From NCBI GenBank assembly GCA_963667175.2, contig CAXXXF010000017.1:1-64000 (forward strand): a stretch of 64,000 bases of DNA, written 5' to 3'. Below are positions 38,645 through 48,025 of this stretch, in pieces (positions within the stretch are counted from its first letter, which is position 1; every line of letters starts with the position of its first letter). The notes under the pieces were generated by a model. That model was not told where the DNA came from. It did no database searches and was given only the letters and a program-made list of their open reading frames with translations. Made by a program: the position numbers and the translations under genes. The DNA is from Candidatus Latescibacterota bacterium. GTDB lineage: Bacteria > Latescibacterota > UBA2968 > GCA-2709665.

Positions 38645-38796
38645 TTGACATCCCGTCCACGATAATATAAATTTGGCTGATAGGTTAATTGCGTACCTGC
38701 GAACCTTCTTGCGGAGGAGTATCAACGGAAAGGGCCGTTTGTCACAAGGTGCTTTGCTGATTTCGACGCGCAAGAAGGAAGGTCGCGCGTTTTTTT
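38645..38796 (+). promoter_or_regulatory. Promoter and structured leader/terminator upstream of thrS
   Basis: TTGACA at 38645 with an AT-rich -10 region; CCTTCTTGCG/CGCAAGAAGG stem; T7 tract. Confidence 0.5.
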
Positions 38797-38957
38797 ATTA
38801 TAGCGGGATGCCGTACAACCGGTTCATCGAGCGCCGAACGGCATTTCCATCGTGGCATCGCAGGGGCTCAGGCCGTTCTCGGAACAGGCCGCTGTCGGCG
38901 GGTCGCGATTCGACTCGCTACCGATACCGGATAAGGGCCGGTAATTCGACGGGAACC

Positions 38958-40895
38958 ATGTCTGAAAACGAAAAAATCACGGTCACACTGCCCGACGGCT
39001 CGCGAAAAGACGTTCGCGCCGGCGTCACCGTCCTGCAGGTGGCCGAATCCATCGGATCGGGTCTTGCGCGCGCGGCGTTGGCCGGCAAGGTCAACGGCCG
39101 GGCCATGGATCTCACAACGTCACTGGATGGCAACGCCGACCTGGAGATTCTCACGTTCTCCAGCGACGCCGGCAAGGAAGTGTACTGGCACAGCACGGCC
39201 CATATTATGGCGCAAGCGGTACAGGACCTGTTTCCGGACGTGAAAGTCACGCTGGGCCCGCCCATCGAAAAAGGCTTCTATTACGACTTCGACCGGGAAA
39301 AGCCATTCACGCCGGATGAATTGCGCCGGATCGAAGTCCGCATGCGCGAACTCATTGCGGAAGCCCAGCCGTTCGAACGCCAGGAGATCACCCGGGAGGC
39401 CGCGATCGAACTGTTCGGAGCGCGCGGCGAAACCTACAAACTGGAAATCCTGGAGGAAATCGAACCCGGCGAGACCATCAGCATCTATAAGAATGCAGAC
39501 AAGTGGCTGGACCTCTGCCGTGGGCCGCATGTCCCCGACACCGGCCGCATCAAGTCGGTCAAACTGCTGAGTTCCTCGGGCGCATACTGGCGGGGAGACG
39601 AAAACAACGTGATGCTCCAGCGCATCTACGGCATCTCGTTTCCGGGCCGGAAAGACCTCGACGCCTATTTGGAGTACCTGGAAGAAGCCAGGAACCGCGA
39701 CCACCGCGACATCGGCACGCGCCTCGATCTCTTTTCGATCAACGATACCGCCGGACCCGGCCTGGTGCTCTGGCATCCAAAAGGCGCGCGAATCAGGAAC
39801 CAGATCGAAGACTTCTGGCGCGAAGCGCACTACGACGGCGGATACGATCTGGTCGGTTCGCCCCATATCGGCCGCTCCCGGCTCTGGGAAACCAGCGGCC
39901 ATCTGGATTTTTTCCAGGAGAACATGTACCCCCCGATGGATGTCGACGGTCAGGCCTATTTCGCCAAACCGATGAATTGCCCCTTCCACATCCTCATCTA
40001 CAAATCGAGGCGGCGCAGTTACCGGGAGCTTCCCTTTCGATGGGCGGAGCTGGGCACCGTCTACCGCTACGAAATGGTCGGCACGCTTCACGGCCTGCTG
40101 CGGGTGCGCGGATTCACCCAGGACGACGCCCATATCTTCTGTCGCCCGGACCAGGTGGAGGAGGAAGTCGCACGGGTTATCGACTTCACGATGTTCATCC
40201 TCAAGTCATTCGGCTTTGAGGACTTCAACGTTTACATCTCGACGCGGCCCGATAAAGCGGTTGGAGATCCCGCCGACTGGGATAGAGCCACCGACGCCCT
40301 CAAGCGGGCCGTCGACACCCAGAAGTTGCCGTATCGGATCGACGAAGGCGCCGGCGCATTCTACGGCCCCAAGATCGACGTGACCATCAACGACGCCCTG
40401 AACAGGGAATGGCAATGCACCACCATTCAGTTTGATTTTAACCTTCCGGAACGCTTCGACCTCAGCTTTGTCGGACCCGACGGGAAATTTCACCGCCCGT
40501 ATATGGTCCATCGCGCCCTTCTGGGCGCGATGGAACGGTTCTTCGGCCTGCTGATCGAGCATTACGCGGGGAACTTCCCGCTCTGGCTTGCGCCCGTGCA
40601 GGCCGTCGTACTTCCCGTATCCGATCCCTTTGTCGAATACGCCGGCCAGGTCGCCAGCCGCCTCAACAGCGCGGGTCTCCGCGCCGAAGTGGACCCGCAG
40701 GACGCGAAACTCGGATTCAAGATCCGCGAGGCCGAAGTGCAGAAAATTCCGTACATGATCATTGTGGGAAAACAGGAAGTCGCCGCGCAGACCATTTCGG
40801 TCCGCAGACATGGCGCCGGCGACCTCGGAAGGATGTCCACGCTCAATCTGATTGCCAGGATGCAGCAGGAAGTCGAGACGAAGAGCGCCACCTGA
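38958..40895 (+). CDS. thrS: Threonine--tRNA ligase
   Basis: TGS domain, HSTAH, DLCRGPH, KPMNCPFH, RVRGFTQDDAH, HRA, anticodon-binding domain. Confidence 0.98.
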   Translation: MSENEKITVTLPDGSRKDVRAGVTVLQVAESIGSGLARAALAGKVNGRAMDLTTSLDGNADLEILTFSSDAGKEVYWHSTAHIMAQAVQDLFPDVKVTLGPPIEKGFYYDFDREKPFTPDELRRIEVRMRELIAEAQPFERQEITREAAIELFGARGETYKLEILEEIEPGETISIYKNADKWLDLCRGPHVPDTGRIKSVKLLSSSGAYWRGDENNVMLQRIYGISFPGRKDLDAYLEYLEEARNRDHRDIGTRLDLFSINDTAGPGLVLWHPKGARIRNQIEDFWREAHYDGGYDLVGSPHIGRSRLWETSGHLDFFQENMYPPMDVDGQAYFAKPMNCPFHILIYKSRRRSYRELPFRWAELGTVYRYEMVGTLHGLLRVRGFTQDDAHIFCRPDQVEEEVARVIDFTMFILKSFGFEDFNVYISTRPDKAVGDPADWDRATDALKRAVDTQKLPYRIDEGAGAFYGPKIDVTINDALNREWQCTTIQFDFNLPERFDLSFVGPDGKFHRPYMVHRALLGAMERFFGLLIEHYAGNFPLWLAPVQAVVLPVSDPFVEYAGQVASRLNSAGLRAEVDPQDAKLGFKIREAEVQKIPYMIIVGKQEVAAQTISVRRHGAGDLGRMSTLNLIARMQQEVETKSAT

Positions 40896-40953
40896 GTCCC
40901 TATTTTTCCAATTTGGCCCAAGACGGCACGGACCAATTTCGGAGGTGATCGGT

Positions 40954-41490
40954 ATCAACAGAGGTCGAAGAGTTTTCAGAGATCGAAAGCAGGAAAGAGC
41001 GCCCCGCGTCAACGAGCAGATCCGCGTACCTCAAATCCGACTGGTCGACAAAGACGGCGAACAGGTCGGCATTGTTGAAACCCGGAAGGCGATGGAAATG
41101 GCAATGGAAGCCGAACTCGACCTCGTCGAAGTCGCTCCCAACGCCCGCCCGCCGGTCTGCCGGATCATGAATTACGGAAAGTACCGATATGAGCAGAGCA
41201 AGAAGCAGAAGAAAGGCAAAAAGAGCGGGTCGCAACTGAAAGAGATACGTCTGGGCCCCCGAATCAGCGACCACGATTACGAATTCAAGATGCGCCACGC
41301 CGAAAACTTCCTGAAACACCGGCACAAAGTCAGGATCACCGTGGAGTTCCGCGGCCGGCAGAATATGTATCGAATGCAGGGCAGACAGCTGCTGGAACGC
41401 GCCGAAGAGGACCTCCGGGAGATCGGCGCCGCCGAAGTGCCTATCAAGGACGAGGGTCGCAACATCGTCATCATTATCGCTCCGAAATAA
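40954..41490 (+). CDS. infC: Translation initiation factor IF-3 (probable ATC start)
   Basis: RVNEQIR, LDLVEVAPNARPPVCRIMNYGKYRYE; GGAGGTG RBS followed by an in-frame ATC. Confidence 0.95.
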   Translation: MNRGRRVFRDRKQERAPRVNEQIRVPQIRLVDKDGEQVGIVETRKAMEMAMEAELDLVEVAPNARPPVCRIMNYGKYRYEQSKKQKKGKKSGSQLKEIRLGPRISDHDYEFKMRHAENFLKHRHKVRITVEFRGRQNMYRMQGRQLLERAEEDLREIGAAEVPIKDEGRNIVIIIAPK

Positions 41491-41631
41491 CGTTCGCCGA
41501 CGGCGCCGGCACACGAGGAATCGGAACGCGACGCCGGGGAAGACCCGGACGTCTCCGGTTCGCCCGGTCCGGCCCTTCGTCGCCGCCCCTCTCGCGTGCG
41601 GCGAAATACGAACCTTCCCAAGGAGTTGGAC

Positions 41632-41826
41632 GTGCCTAAAATGAAAACCCATCGGGGAGCCGCGAAACGGTTCAAGCGCCGGAAATCCGGTACGATCGGC
41701 CGCGGAAAGTCAACGGTCACGCATAACCTGACGAGCAAGAGCAGCAAACGCAAGATGCACCTTCGAAAGTCCACGGTGGTGCACAAATCGGACCAGGACC
41801 GGGTACAGCGCCTGCTGCCCAACTGA
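41632..41826 (+). CDS. rpmI: 50S ribosomal protein L35
   Basis: [14 protein letters not shown]; lies between infC and rplT. Confidence 0.95.
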   Translation: MPKMKTHRGAAKRFKRRKSGTIGRGKSTVTHNLTSKSSKRKMHLRKSTVVHKSDQDRVQRLLPN

Positions 41827-41943
41827 CAGGCCGCTACGCCCCGAAAACGCAAGTACTCTTCCCGCGTCCGTTCGGATTTTGAGTTGAGGCTACGGCGGAC
41901 CGGAGGCAAAGACCGCGCCAGGCGTTGCCAGGAGACCATCGAT

Positions 41944-42297
41944 ATGGCCAGAACAACGAATAGCGTCGCATCCCGGCGCAGACGGAAAAAGATCCTGAAA
42001 GCCGCGCGAGGCTACCGCGGAGGACGGAGCAAGCTCTATCGCACCGCGGACGACGCCGTTCATCGTGCGCTTTCCTATGCATACAGGGACCGTCGCCAGA
42101 AAAAGAGGAATTTCCGCTCGCTGTGGATCGTTCGAATCAATGCCGCGGCCCGGCTTAACGGACTCTCGTACAGCAGCCTGATCAACGGTCTCAAGAAAGC
42201 CGATATAGCCGTTGACAGAAAAGTCCTGGCCAACCTCGCCGTCACGGATGCAACTGCGTTCACGGCGCTTGCGGAACAGGCTCGACGAGCCCTGTAG
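41944..42297 (+). CDS. rplT: 50S ribosomal protein L20
   Basis: [32 protein letters not shown]. Confidence 0.97.
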   Translation: MARTTNSVASRRRRKKILKAARGYRGGRSKLYRTADDAVHRALSYAYRDRRQKKRNFRSLWIVRINAAARLNGLSYSSLINGLKKADIAVDRKVLANLAVTDATAFTALAEQARRAL

Positions 42298-42423
42298 ATC
42301 GCCCTCCAAATCGCGGAATCCTGTCGAAAAGACGTTCCCTGGAATCCACCCCGATTCCGTTCTCGTTCCCCGTACAAACGGTATCCCGCCCTTGACTTTG
42401 GGCCATGGAGGGTTTACATTGCT

Positions 42424-42584
42424 TAGCAGCCCGCAGATAAAGTCCATCCGGGCTACGTCCGGCTCTTGTGACCGAATGACGGCGTTGCCTGCCTGTGCGT
42501 GTCCGCACGCAGACAGGCACGCCTTGTCTTCGGCCACAATGACTCGGCTTCGCCTGCAGAGCGACTTTTTCAACGGACTGTTAG
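42424..42584. mobile_element. MITE/REP-like element, copy 3 (nested 30-bp palindrome, internal deletion)
   Basis: TAG-CAGCCCGCAGATAAAGT...TTTTTCAACGGACTG-TTAG; insert CCTGCCTGTGCGTGTCCGCACGCAGACAGG at 42488-42517. Confidence 0.8.
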
Positions 42585-42665
42585 CGTGCGGATACACACG
42601 CGGAATTATGCTCTCTGACTGCACAGACGCGCCGAAAACGACGTCATCCATGAAAGGGTGAGACC

Positions 42666-43319
42666 ATGGAAGCGCAAGATCGGGCAAACGAACAGCCGGA
42701 GTCGGGGATCGGGGACGACGAACCTTTCGAATCCGACGGCCAGACGGACGAGACGACGCAAACAGACGACCAGGAACACGTACAGCTGGACCTCCAGGAT
42801 CGGGACGAAGACGCCATCGAGGCTGTCCACGTGACAGACGCACAGACGGAATTCAAGGACCCCGAAGGCGGACAGCTCGATCTCCAGGACCGGCGGGACG
42901 AGTCCCTCGAATCCGTCGCCCATTCGGACGAGCCTGCGGCTACGGTGGAAACTGAAGAACCGCGGGTTGAAACGGAGGATGGCACAGACGGGCAGGCGGA
43001 CGCCGGCGACCATGAAGAGGCCCGGATGGAGTCGGAAAACCGGGTGTCCGAGCAGCTGGATCACCTGATCAGTGAAATCGACCGCGCCGTCGGGATTATC
43101 CGGCAGTTGCGACAGCGGACCGCCGAACTCGACGAGAGAAACCGGGAACTTCAGGAACGACTGGAAAACAAGGACCAGGTGATCTCCGGATTGCAGGCAG
43201 AAAGGGAACGTCTCCGGTCCATCTACGATAATAATGCATCGCTGATTGAAAACAAGGAGGAGATCCAACGCAAAATCGAAACCATGATCTCGCGTCTGGA
43301 TTCAGTGAATACAGCGTAA
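42666..43319 (+). CDS. ZapB-like coiled-coil protein with a long acidic N-terminal extension
   Basis: C-terminal heptad coil; position immediately upstream of zapA; D/E-rich disordered N-terminus. Confidence 0.6.
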   Translation: MEAQDRANEQPESGIGDDEPFESDGQTDETTQTDDQEHVQLDLQDRDEDAIEAVHVTDAQTEFKDPEGGQLDLQDRRDESLESVAHSDEPAATVETEEPRVETEDGTDGQADAGDHEEARMESENRVSEQLDHLISEIDRAVGIIRQLRQRTAELDERNRELQERLENKDQVISGLQAERERLRSIYDNNASLIENKEEIQRKIETMISRLDSVNTA

Positions 43320-43386
43320 AACAGCACCGCCGACGTCCACGCCGCGCCACGGAGCTTCACGCTGCGTCCGGATGTCCCGAGGTCTC

Positions 43387-43671
43387 ATGTCTGAACAACC
43401 GCTAATACGCGTCCAGATCTTCGGCACCGAATACAACGTCCACTCGGAAGGCGACCCGGATCACGCCCGGGCCGTGGCACGGTACGTCGACCAGAAAATG
43501 CGTGACGTCGCAAACGCCATTTCACTTCGTTCGGTTGCCAAGATTGCAGTCGTAGCCGCCGTCAATCTCGCGCACGAACTGCTCAAAGAGGAAGAAGCCA
43601 GTCGAAAGTTGGGTAAGACCCTGACGGACAAGACCCACAATCTTGCCTCTTTAACAAACCGGATTGCGTAG
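43387..43671 (+). CDS. zapA: Cell division protein ZapA
   Basis: VQIFGTEY..VARYVDQKM..AVVAAVNLAHEL. Confidence 0.9.
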   Translation: MSEQPLIRVQIFGTEYNVHSEGDPDHARAVARYVDQKMRDVANAISLRSVAKIAVVAAVNLAHELLKEEEASRKLGKTLTDKTHNLASLTNRIA

Positions 43672-43696
43672 AGACGACCTCGATCATATAGGTCGT

Positions 43697-43823
43697 GCCT
43701 GCAATTCCGCACACCCAGGCCGGATCAACGATTCCGGTGCCGCCTGCTGCGTTCATCTGAAACCATCCGGAGCGATCACCGCGACCCGGACGGGACGTGC
43801 GGAACCGGATGAGCGCAAGCGGG
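43697..43823 (+). ncRNA. ssrS: Probable 6S RNA (compact)
   Basis: Sits in the conserved zapA-6S-rny slot; the ends pair (CCTGC/GCGGG, TTCCGCAC/GTGCGGAA); followed by a T8 tract. Confidence 0.5.
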
Positions 43824-43874
43824 TTTTTTTTGTTTACGAGTTGATGCGTGGTCCCAATTGACGTGGAGGCCGAA

Positions 43875-45461
43875 ATGAACCTGCCGATAGACACGACCAT
43901 GGAAGTCGTGACGATCATCATGCTGTCGGCCGGGCTGCTTATACTGGGATTCATCCTGGGTTGGCTGATCAGCGGCAAGATCGCGAAGCGCAAGATTCAT
44001 CGCGCCGAACTCTCCGCGGAGAAAATTCTGGAAGATGCCCAGACCGAAGCCGACGCAATGAAACGGACGGCGGTCCTGGAGGCCAAAGACAGGATACAGC
44101 AGGAGCGGCTCCGGTTCGATCAGGAACTGAAAGAAAAACGCGATCGGTCCAACAGGGAAGAGTCGAAACTGAGCAGCCTCAGACGGCAACTCGACAAACG
44201 TGCGGACCTGTTGAACGACAAGGAAAAACTGGCTACGGAGAAAGATGAGGGGCTCCGGCTTCTGGAGGAGCAGCTCGCGGACCGGTCACGGGAACTTGAA
44301 CAGGGCCAGCTGAGGCAGAACAGGCGCCTGGAACAGATCGCGGGTCTTACGAAGGAAGAGGCAAAACGGGTCCTGATGGCCAACATGGAAGCGGATGCGG
44401 AACGCGATGCGGAATGGCGGCTGAAGGAAATCCGCGACGACGCACTCGTCCGGGCAAACGATGAAGCCCGGGAAATCATCGCCGGAGCGATTCAACGATT
44501 GGCCGCGGACCATACCATCGAGTCCACCGTTGCGGTCGTACGCCTGCCTTCCGACGAGATGAAGGGGCGGATTATCGGGCGTGAGGGCCGAAATATCCGG
44601 GCCTTTGAAATGGCCACGGGAGTGGACGTCACGATCGACGACACGCCCGAAGCGGTCATCCTGTCGGGGTTCGACCCCATCCGCCGCGCGATCGCGCAGA
44701 TTGCCATGGAACAACTGATTCTGGACGGGCGCATCCACCCGGGACGGATCGAAGAAATCGTACAGAAGTCGAGGGAGTCGATTCAGGAGGTCATGCACGA
44801 TGCCGGCGTCCAGGCGGCATTCGACGTGGGCGTACCGGGCCTGCACGATCGTCTCGTCGCTTGCCTGGGCCGACTCAAATATCGCACGAGCTACGGTCAG
44901 AACGTACTGAATCACAGCAAAGAGGTGGCCTTTCTAGCGGGTATGATGGCCACTTCGCTTGGACTCGACGCCCAGCTGACCAAACGCGCGGGATTGCTTC
45001 ACGACGTCGGCAAAGGGTTGGCGCACGAAGCCGAGGGCACGTACGGAGAGAATGGCGCTGACCTGGCGCGCAAATACGGTGAAGACACGATTGTGATAAA
45101 CGCGATCGAGGCGCATCATGGAGATTCGGACCCGATTTCGCCGGTTGCCGTACTGGTCGACGCGGCCGACACCGTTTCCAGGTCGCGGCCGGGCGCGCAG
45201 CGCGAACAGATCGAGAATTACGTCCGACGCCTGGAACGACTGGAGTCCATCGCCAAGATGATCCAGGGCGTCGAATCGGTCTTCGCCATCAAAGCCGGAC
45301 AGGAGGTCCGTGTGGTGGCGGACTCCGATATGATGAGCGACGCCGACACGGAACGCCTGGCCACGCAGATCGTCTCCCGGCTCACGGAAGACGCCACCTG
45401 CCCGGGGCCGGTCAAGGTAACCGTCATCAGAGAAACGCGTTCGGTGGACTTTGCGCGCTGA
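43875..45461 (+). CDS. rny: Ribonuclease Y
   Basis: N-terminal TM, coiled coil, KH domain (MKGRIIGREGRNIR), HD domain (LLHDVGK). Confidence 0.97.
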   Translation: MNLPIDTTMEVVTIIMLSAGLLILGFILGWLISGKIAKRKIHRAELSAEKILEDAQTEADAMKRTAVLEAKDRIQQERLRFDQELKEKRDRSNREESKLSSLRRQLDKRADLLNDKEKLATEKDEGLRLLEEQLADRSRELEQGQLRQNRRLEQIAGLTKEEAKRVLMANMEADAERDAEWRLKEIRDDALVRANDEAREIIAGAIQRLAADHTIESTVAVVRLPSDEMKGRIIGREGRNIRAFEMATGVDVTIDDTPEAVILSGFDPIRRAIAQIAMEQLILDGRIHPGRIEEIVQKSRESIQEVMHDAGVQAAFDVGVPGLHDRLVACLGRLKYRTSYGQNVLNHSKEVAFLAGMMATSLGLDAQLTKRAGLLHDVGKGLAHEAEGTYGENGADLARKYGEDTIVINAIEAHHGDSDPISPVAVLVDAADTVSRSRPGAQREQIENYVRRLERLESIAKMIQGVESVFAIKAGQEVRVVADSDMMSDADTERLATQIVSRLTEDATCPGPVKVTVIRETRSVDFAR

Positions 45462-45604
45462 AGGCGCCGGCCCGGTCCCCGCTTTCCCCGCAACCGTATC
45501 CCGAAGGTCCGCGTGTCCGTTGCCGGCTTTATTGCCTGCCGGAACAAACGCCTGCGCGCGGGCAACTCAGCCTCACTCATTGACCGAAATCTACAGGTGT
45601 CCAC

Positions 45605-46393
45605 TTGAATATCCTGTTTGTCGGCGATATCTACGGCAGGCCGGGCAGAAAAGCGGCCGCGGACCTGATTCCCCGCCTCAAGGAAAGCCACGGGATCGAT
45701 TTCTGTATCGCCAATGGAGAAAACGCCGCCGGCGGCTTCGGCATTACCGAAAACATCGCGAAGAAACTCTTTGCCTACGGGGCCGACGTGATTACCACGG
45801 GAAACCACGTCTGGGACCGAAAGGACGACATCCCGTACATACTCGGCGCCGACCGGGTTCTGCGTCCGTCGAATTTCCCGGAGAGTGTGGGCGGCGCCGG
45901 TTACGGCGTCTTCACCGCCTCGAACGGAATCCCGATCGGCGTGGTCTGCATCCAGGGCCGGGTGCATATGCTCGACCTGGACTGCCCCTTTCGCGTCGGC
46001 AGGGAAATAGTGGACCGCCTTCGCCGGCAGACCCCGGTGATTCTCATCGATTTTCACGCGGAGGCGAGTTCTGAAAAAATCGCGTACGGATGGTTTATGG
46101 ACGGCCGCGCCAGCGCCGTTCTTGGCACCCACACCCACGTGCAGACCGCCGATGAGCGCATTCTGCCGGGCGGAACGGCCTACGTGTCCGACGCCGGCAT
46201 GACCGGCCCCCACGACTCCGTGATCGGCACCCGCAAGGAGCCGGTGATCCAGCGGTTTCTGGACCGTATGCCTGTGCGGTTTGATCCCGCTGAAGGCGAC
46301 GTCAAGCTTTGCGGCGTCGTCGTGGAAGTCGAAGACGAAACCGGAAAAGCGACACGAATCGAGAGACTGCGCGTCGACTGGCAGGAGACCTGA
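45605..46393 (+). CDS. ymdB: TIGR00282/YmdB metallophosphoesterase
   Basis: GDIYGRPG, NGEN, GNH, DFHAEA, GTHTHVQTAD; lies downstream of rny. Confidence 0.92.
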   Translation: MNILFVGDIYGRPGRKAAADLIPRLKESHGIDFCIANGENAAGGFGITENIAKKLFAYGADVITTGNHVWDRKDDIPYILGADRVLRPSNFPESVGGAGYGVFTASNGIPIGVVCIQGRVHMLDLDCPFRVGREIVDRLRRQTPVILIDFHAEASSEKIAYGWFMDGRASAVLGTHTHVQTADERILPGGTAYVSDAGMTGPHDSVIGTRKEPVIQRFLDRMPVRFDPAEGDVKLCGVVVEVEDETGKATRIERLRVDWQET

Positions 46394-46395
46394 TC

Positions 46396-47607
46396 GTGGC
46401 GGAACGGCCCTATACCGTTACAGAAATAACGCAGGCAATCCGAAAAAAACTCGAAGCGGAATATCCCGTCCTGTGGGTTGTGGGTGAAATATCTCAATAC
46501 AACCAGGCGGCTTCGGGCCATCGTTACTTTACTCTCATCGACCAGACCTGCCAGCTCCGGTGCGTGATGTGGCGGTCTGCGACGCCGGCGTTCCAACCCG
46601 AAACCGGCGTCAAGGCGCTCGCCCGGGGGCGGATTACGGTCTATGAACGCAACGGCGAGTACCAGCTGATCGTCACGCAGCTCTTCCCCGCTGGCAGCGG
46701 CCAGCAGCAACTCGCCCTGGAAGCGTTGAAGCGCAAGCTTCAGGAGGAAGGGTTGTTCGATCAGGCGCGGAAACGCGCGCTGCCCGCGTTCCCGCTTTCG
46801 ATCGGTGTGGCCACGTCCCGCACGGGAGCGGCGATTCGGGACATTCTCAATGTCCTGGAAAGGCGATTTCCAGGTGTCACCATCATACTCCGGCCGACGC
46901 TGGTTCAGGGCGCCGGGGCGCCGGAAGACGTGGCGCTTGCCATCGGAGAGCTGAACGCGCACGGCAAGGCTGACGTGCTGATCGTGGGGCGCGGCGGAGG
47001 TTCCGTGGAAGACCTGGCCGCGTTCAACACCGAGGTCGTCGTTCGCGCCATCTGCGGCTCCGGCATTCCCGTAATTTCCGCCGTGGGACACGAAGTTGAC
47101 GTCACCCTCGCCGACCTTGCCGCCGATTGCAGGGCGCCCACGCCATCGGCGGCGGCCGAACTGGCCGTTCGCGACGCCGACGAGTTGCGCGCACGGATTC
47201 AAAACCTGACAAAGCGCTCCTGCGTCGCGCTGAACCGCTATCTGAAAGAGAACCAGGACCTGCTCAGCGGCTACATGGGCCGGTACGGATTGCGAAAGGT
47301 CGAAGACAACGTCCTCCAGAACGTCCAGACCGTCGACGACCTTCAGAGGAGCCTCCAGAGCGGCCTCAGGCGCATTTTCGACCTGCGCATGGAATCGTAT
47401 CGCCGCCGCACCGTCGAACTCGGCGCGCTCAGCCCGCTCTCCGTCCTGAGCCGGGGGTACAGCCTCACGCATCGGGCCGACAACAATGCGCTGGTCACCC
47501 GCGCCGAATCACTTTCGAAGGACGAGCAGGTCCGCGTTCGCCTGTCCAGAGGCGAAATCTTCTGCACGGTCGACCGTATTCTGGCCGAGAGTCCGACGGT
47601 ACGTTGA
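46396..47607 (+). CDS. xseA: Exodeoxyribonuclease VII large subunit
   Basis: VVGEIS..SGHRYF, GRGGGSVEDL, SAVGHEVD, PTPSAAAE, SPLSVLSRGY. Confidence 0.96.
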   Translation: MAERPYTVTEITQAIRKKLEAEYPVLWVVGEISQYNQAASGHRYFTLIDQTCQLRCVMWRSATPAFQPETGVKALARGRITVYERNGEYQLIVTQLFPAGSGQQQLALEALKRKLQEEGLFDQARKRALPAFPLSIGVATSRTGAAIRDILNVLERRFPGVTIILRPTLVQGAGAPEDVALAIGELNAHGKADVLIVGRGGGSVEDLAAFNTEVVVRAICGSGIPVISAVGHEVDVTLADLAADCRAPTPSAAAELAVRDADELRARIQNLTKRSCVALNRYLKENQDLLSGYMGRYGLRKVEDNVLQNVQTVDDLQRSLQSGLRRIFDLRMESYRRRTVELGALSPLSVLSRGYSLTHRADNNALVTRAESLSKDEQVRVRLSRGEIFCTVDRILAESPTVR

Positions 47608-47692
47608 GAGTCGACGGCATTCCCTCTTGACGGTTACGCGGTTCGGGCGGGTACTCGAACGTTACAGGCCCTTCAAACCCACGAGGAATCCG

Positions 47693-47947
47693 ATGGCCGA
47701 AGAAGAACCCACTTTCGAAGAGGCGCTGAAAAAACTCGAGACCGCGGTAGAGACCCTGGAAGGCGGAAACCTGCCCCTGGCGGAAGCGCTCCGACTCTTC
47801 GAAGAGGGACTGAAGGCGTCGAACCACTGCCGCGCGCGGCTCGAAGAGGCCAGACAACGCGTCGAAGTCCTCGCCGCAGAGAGCGGAAACGACTTTCAGC
47901 TGACCGACCTGGATGCCGACGGGGTACCCCCGGAACAGGGTGCGTAA
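47693..47947 (+). CDS. xseB: Exodeoxyribonuclease VII small subunit
   Basis: TFEEALKKLE..LEGGNLPLAEALRLFEEG. Confidence 0.93.
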   Translation: MAEEEPTFEEALKKLETAVETLEGGNLPLAEALRLFEEGLKASNHCRARLEEARQRVEVLAAESGNDFQLTDLDADGVPPEQGA

Positions 47948-48025
47948 CACCGATTGCGAGATCCGGAAATTCAGGCTACATTGATTTATGCAGCCACAGC
48001 GTATTATTTACGAAGAGCGGTTCCA

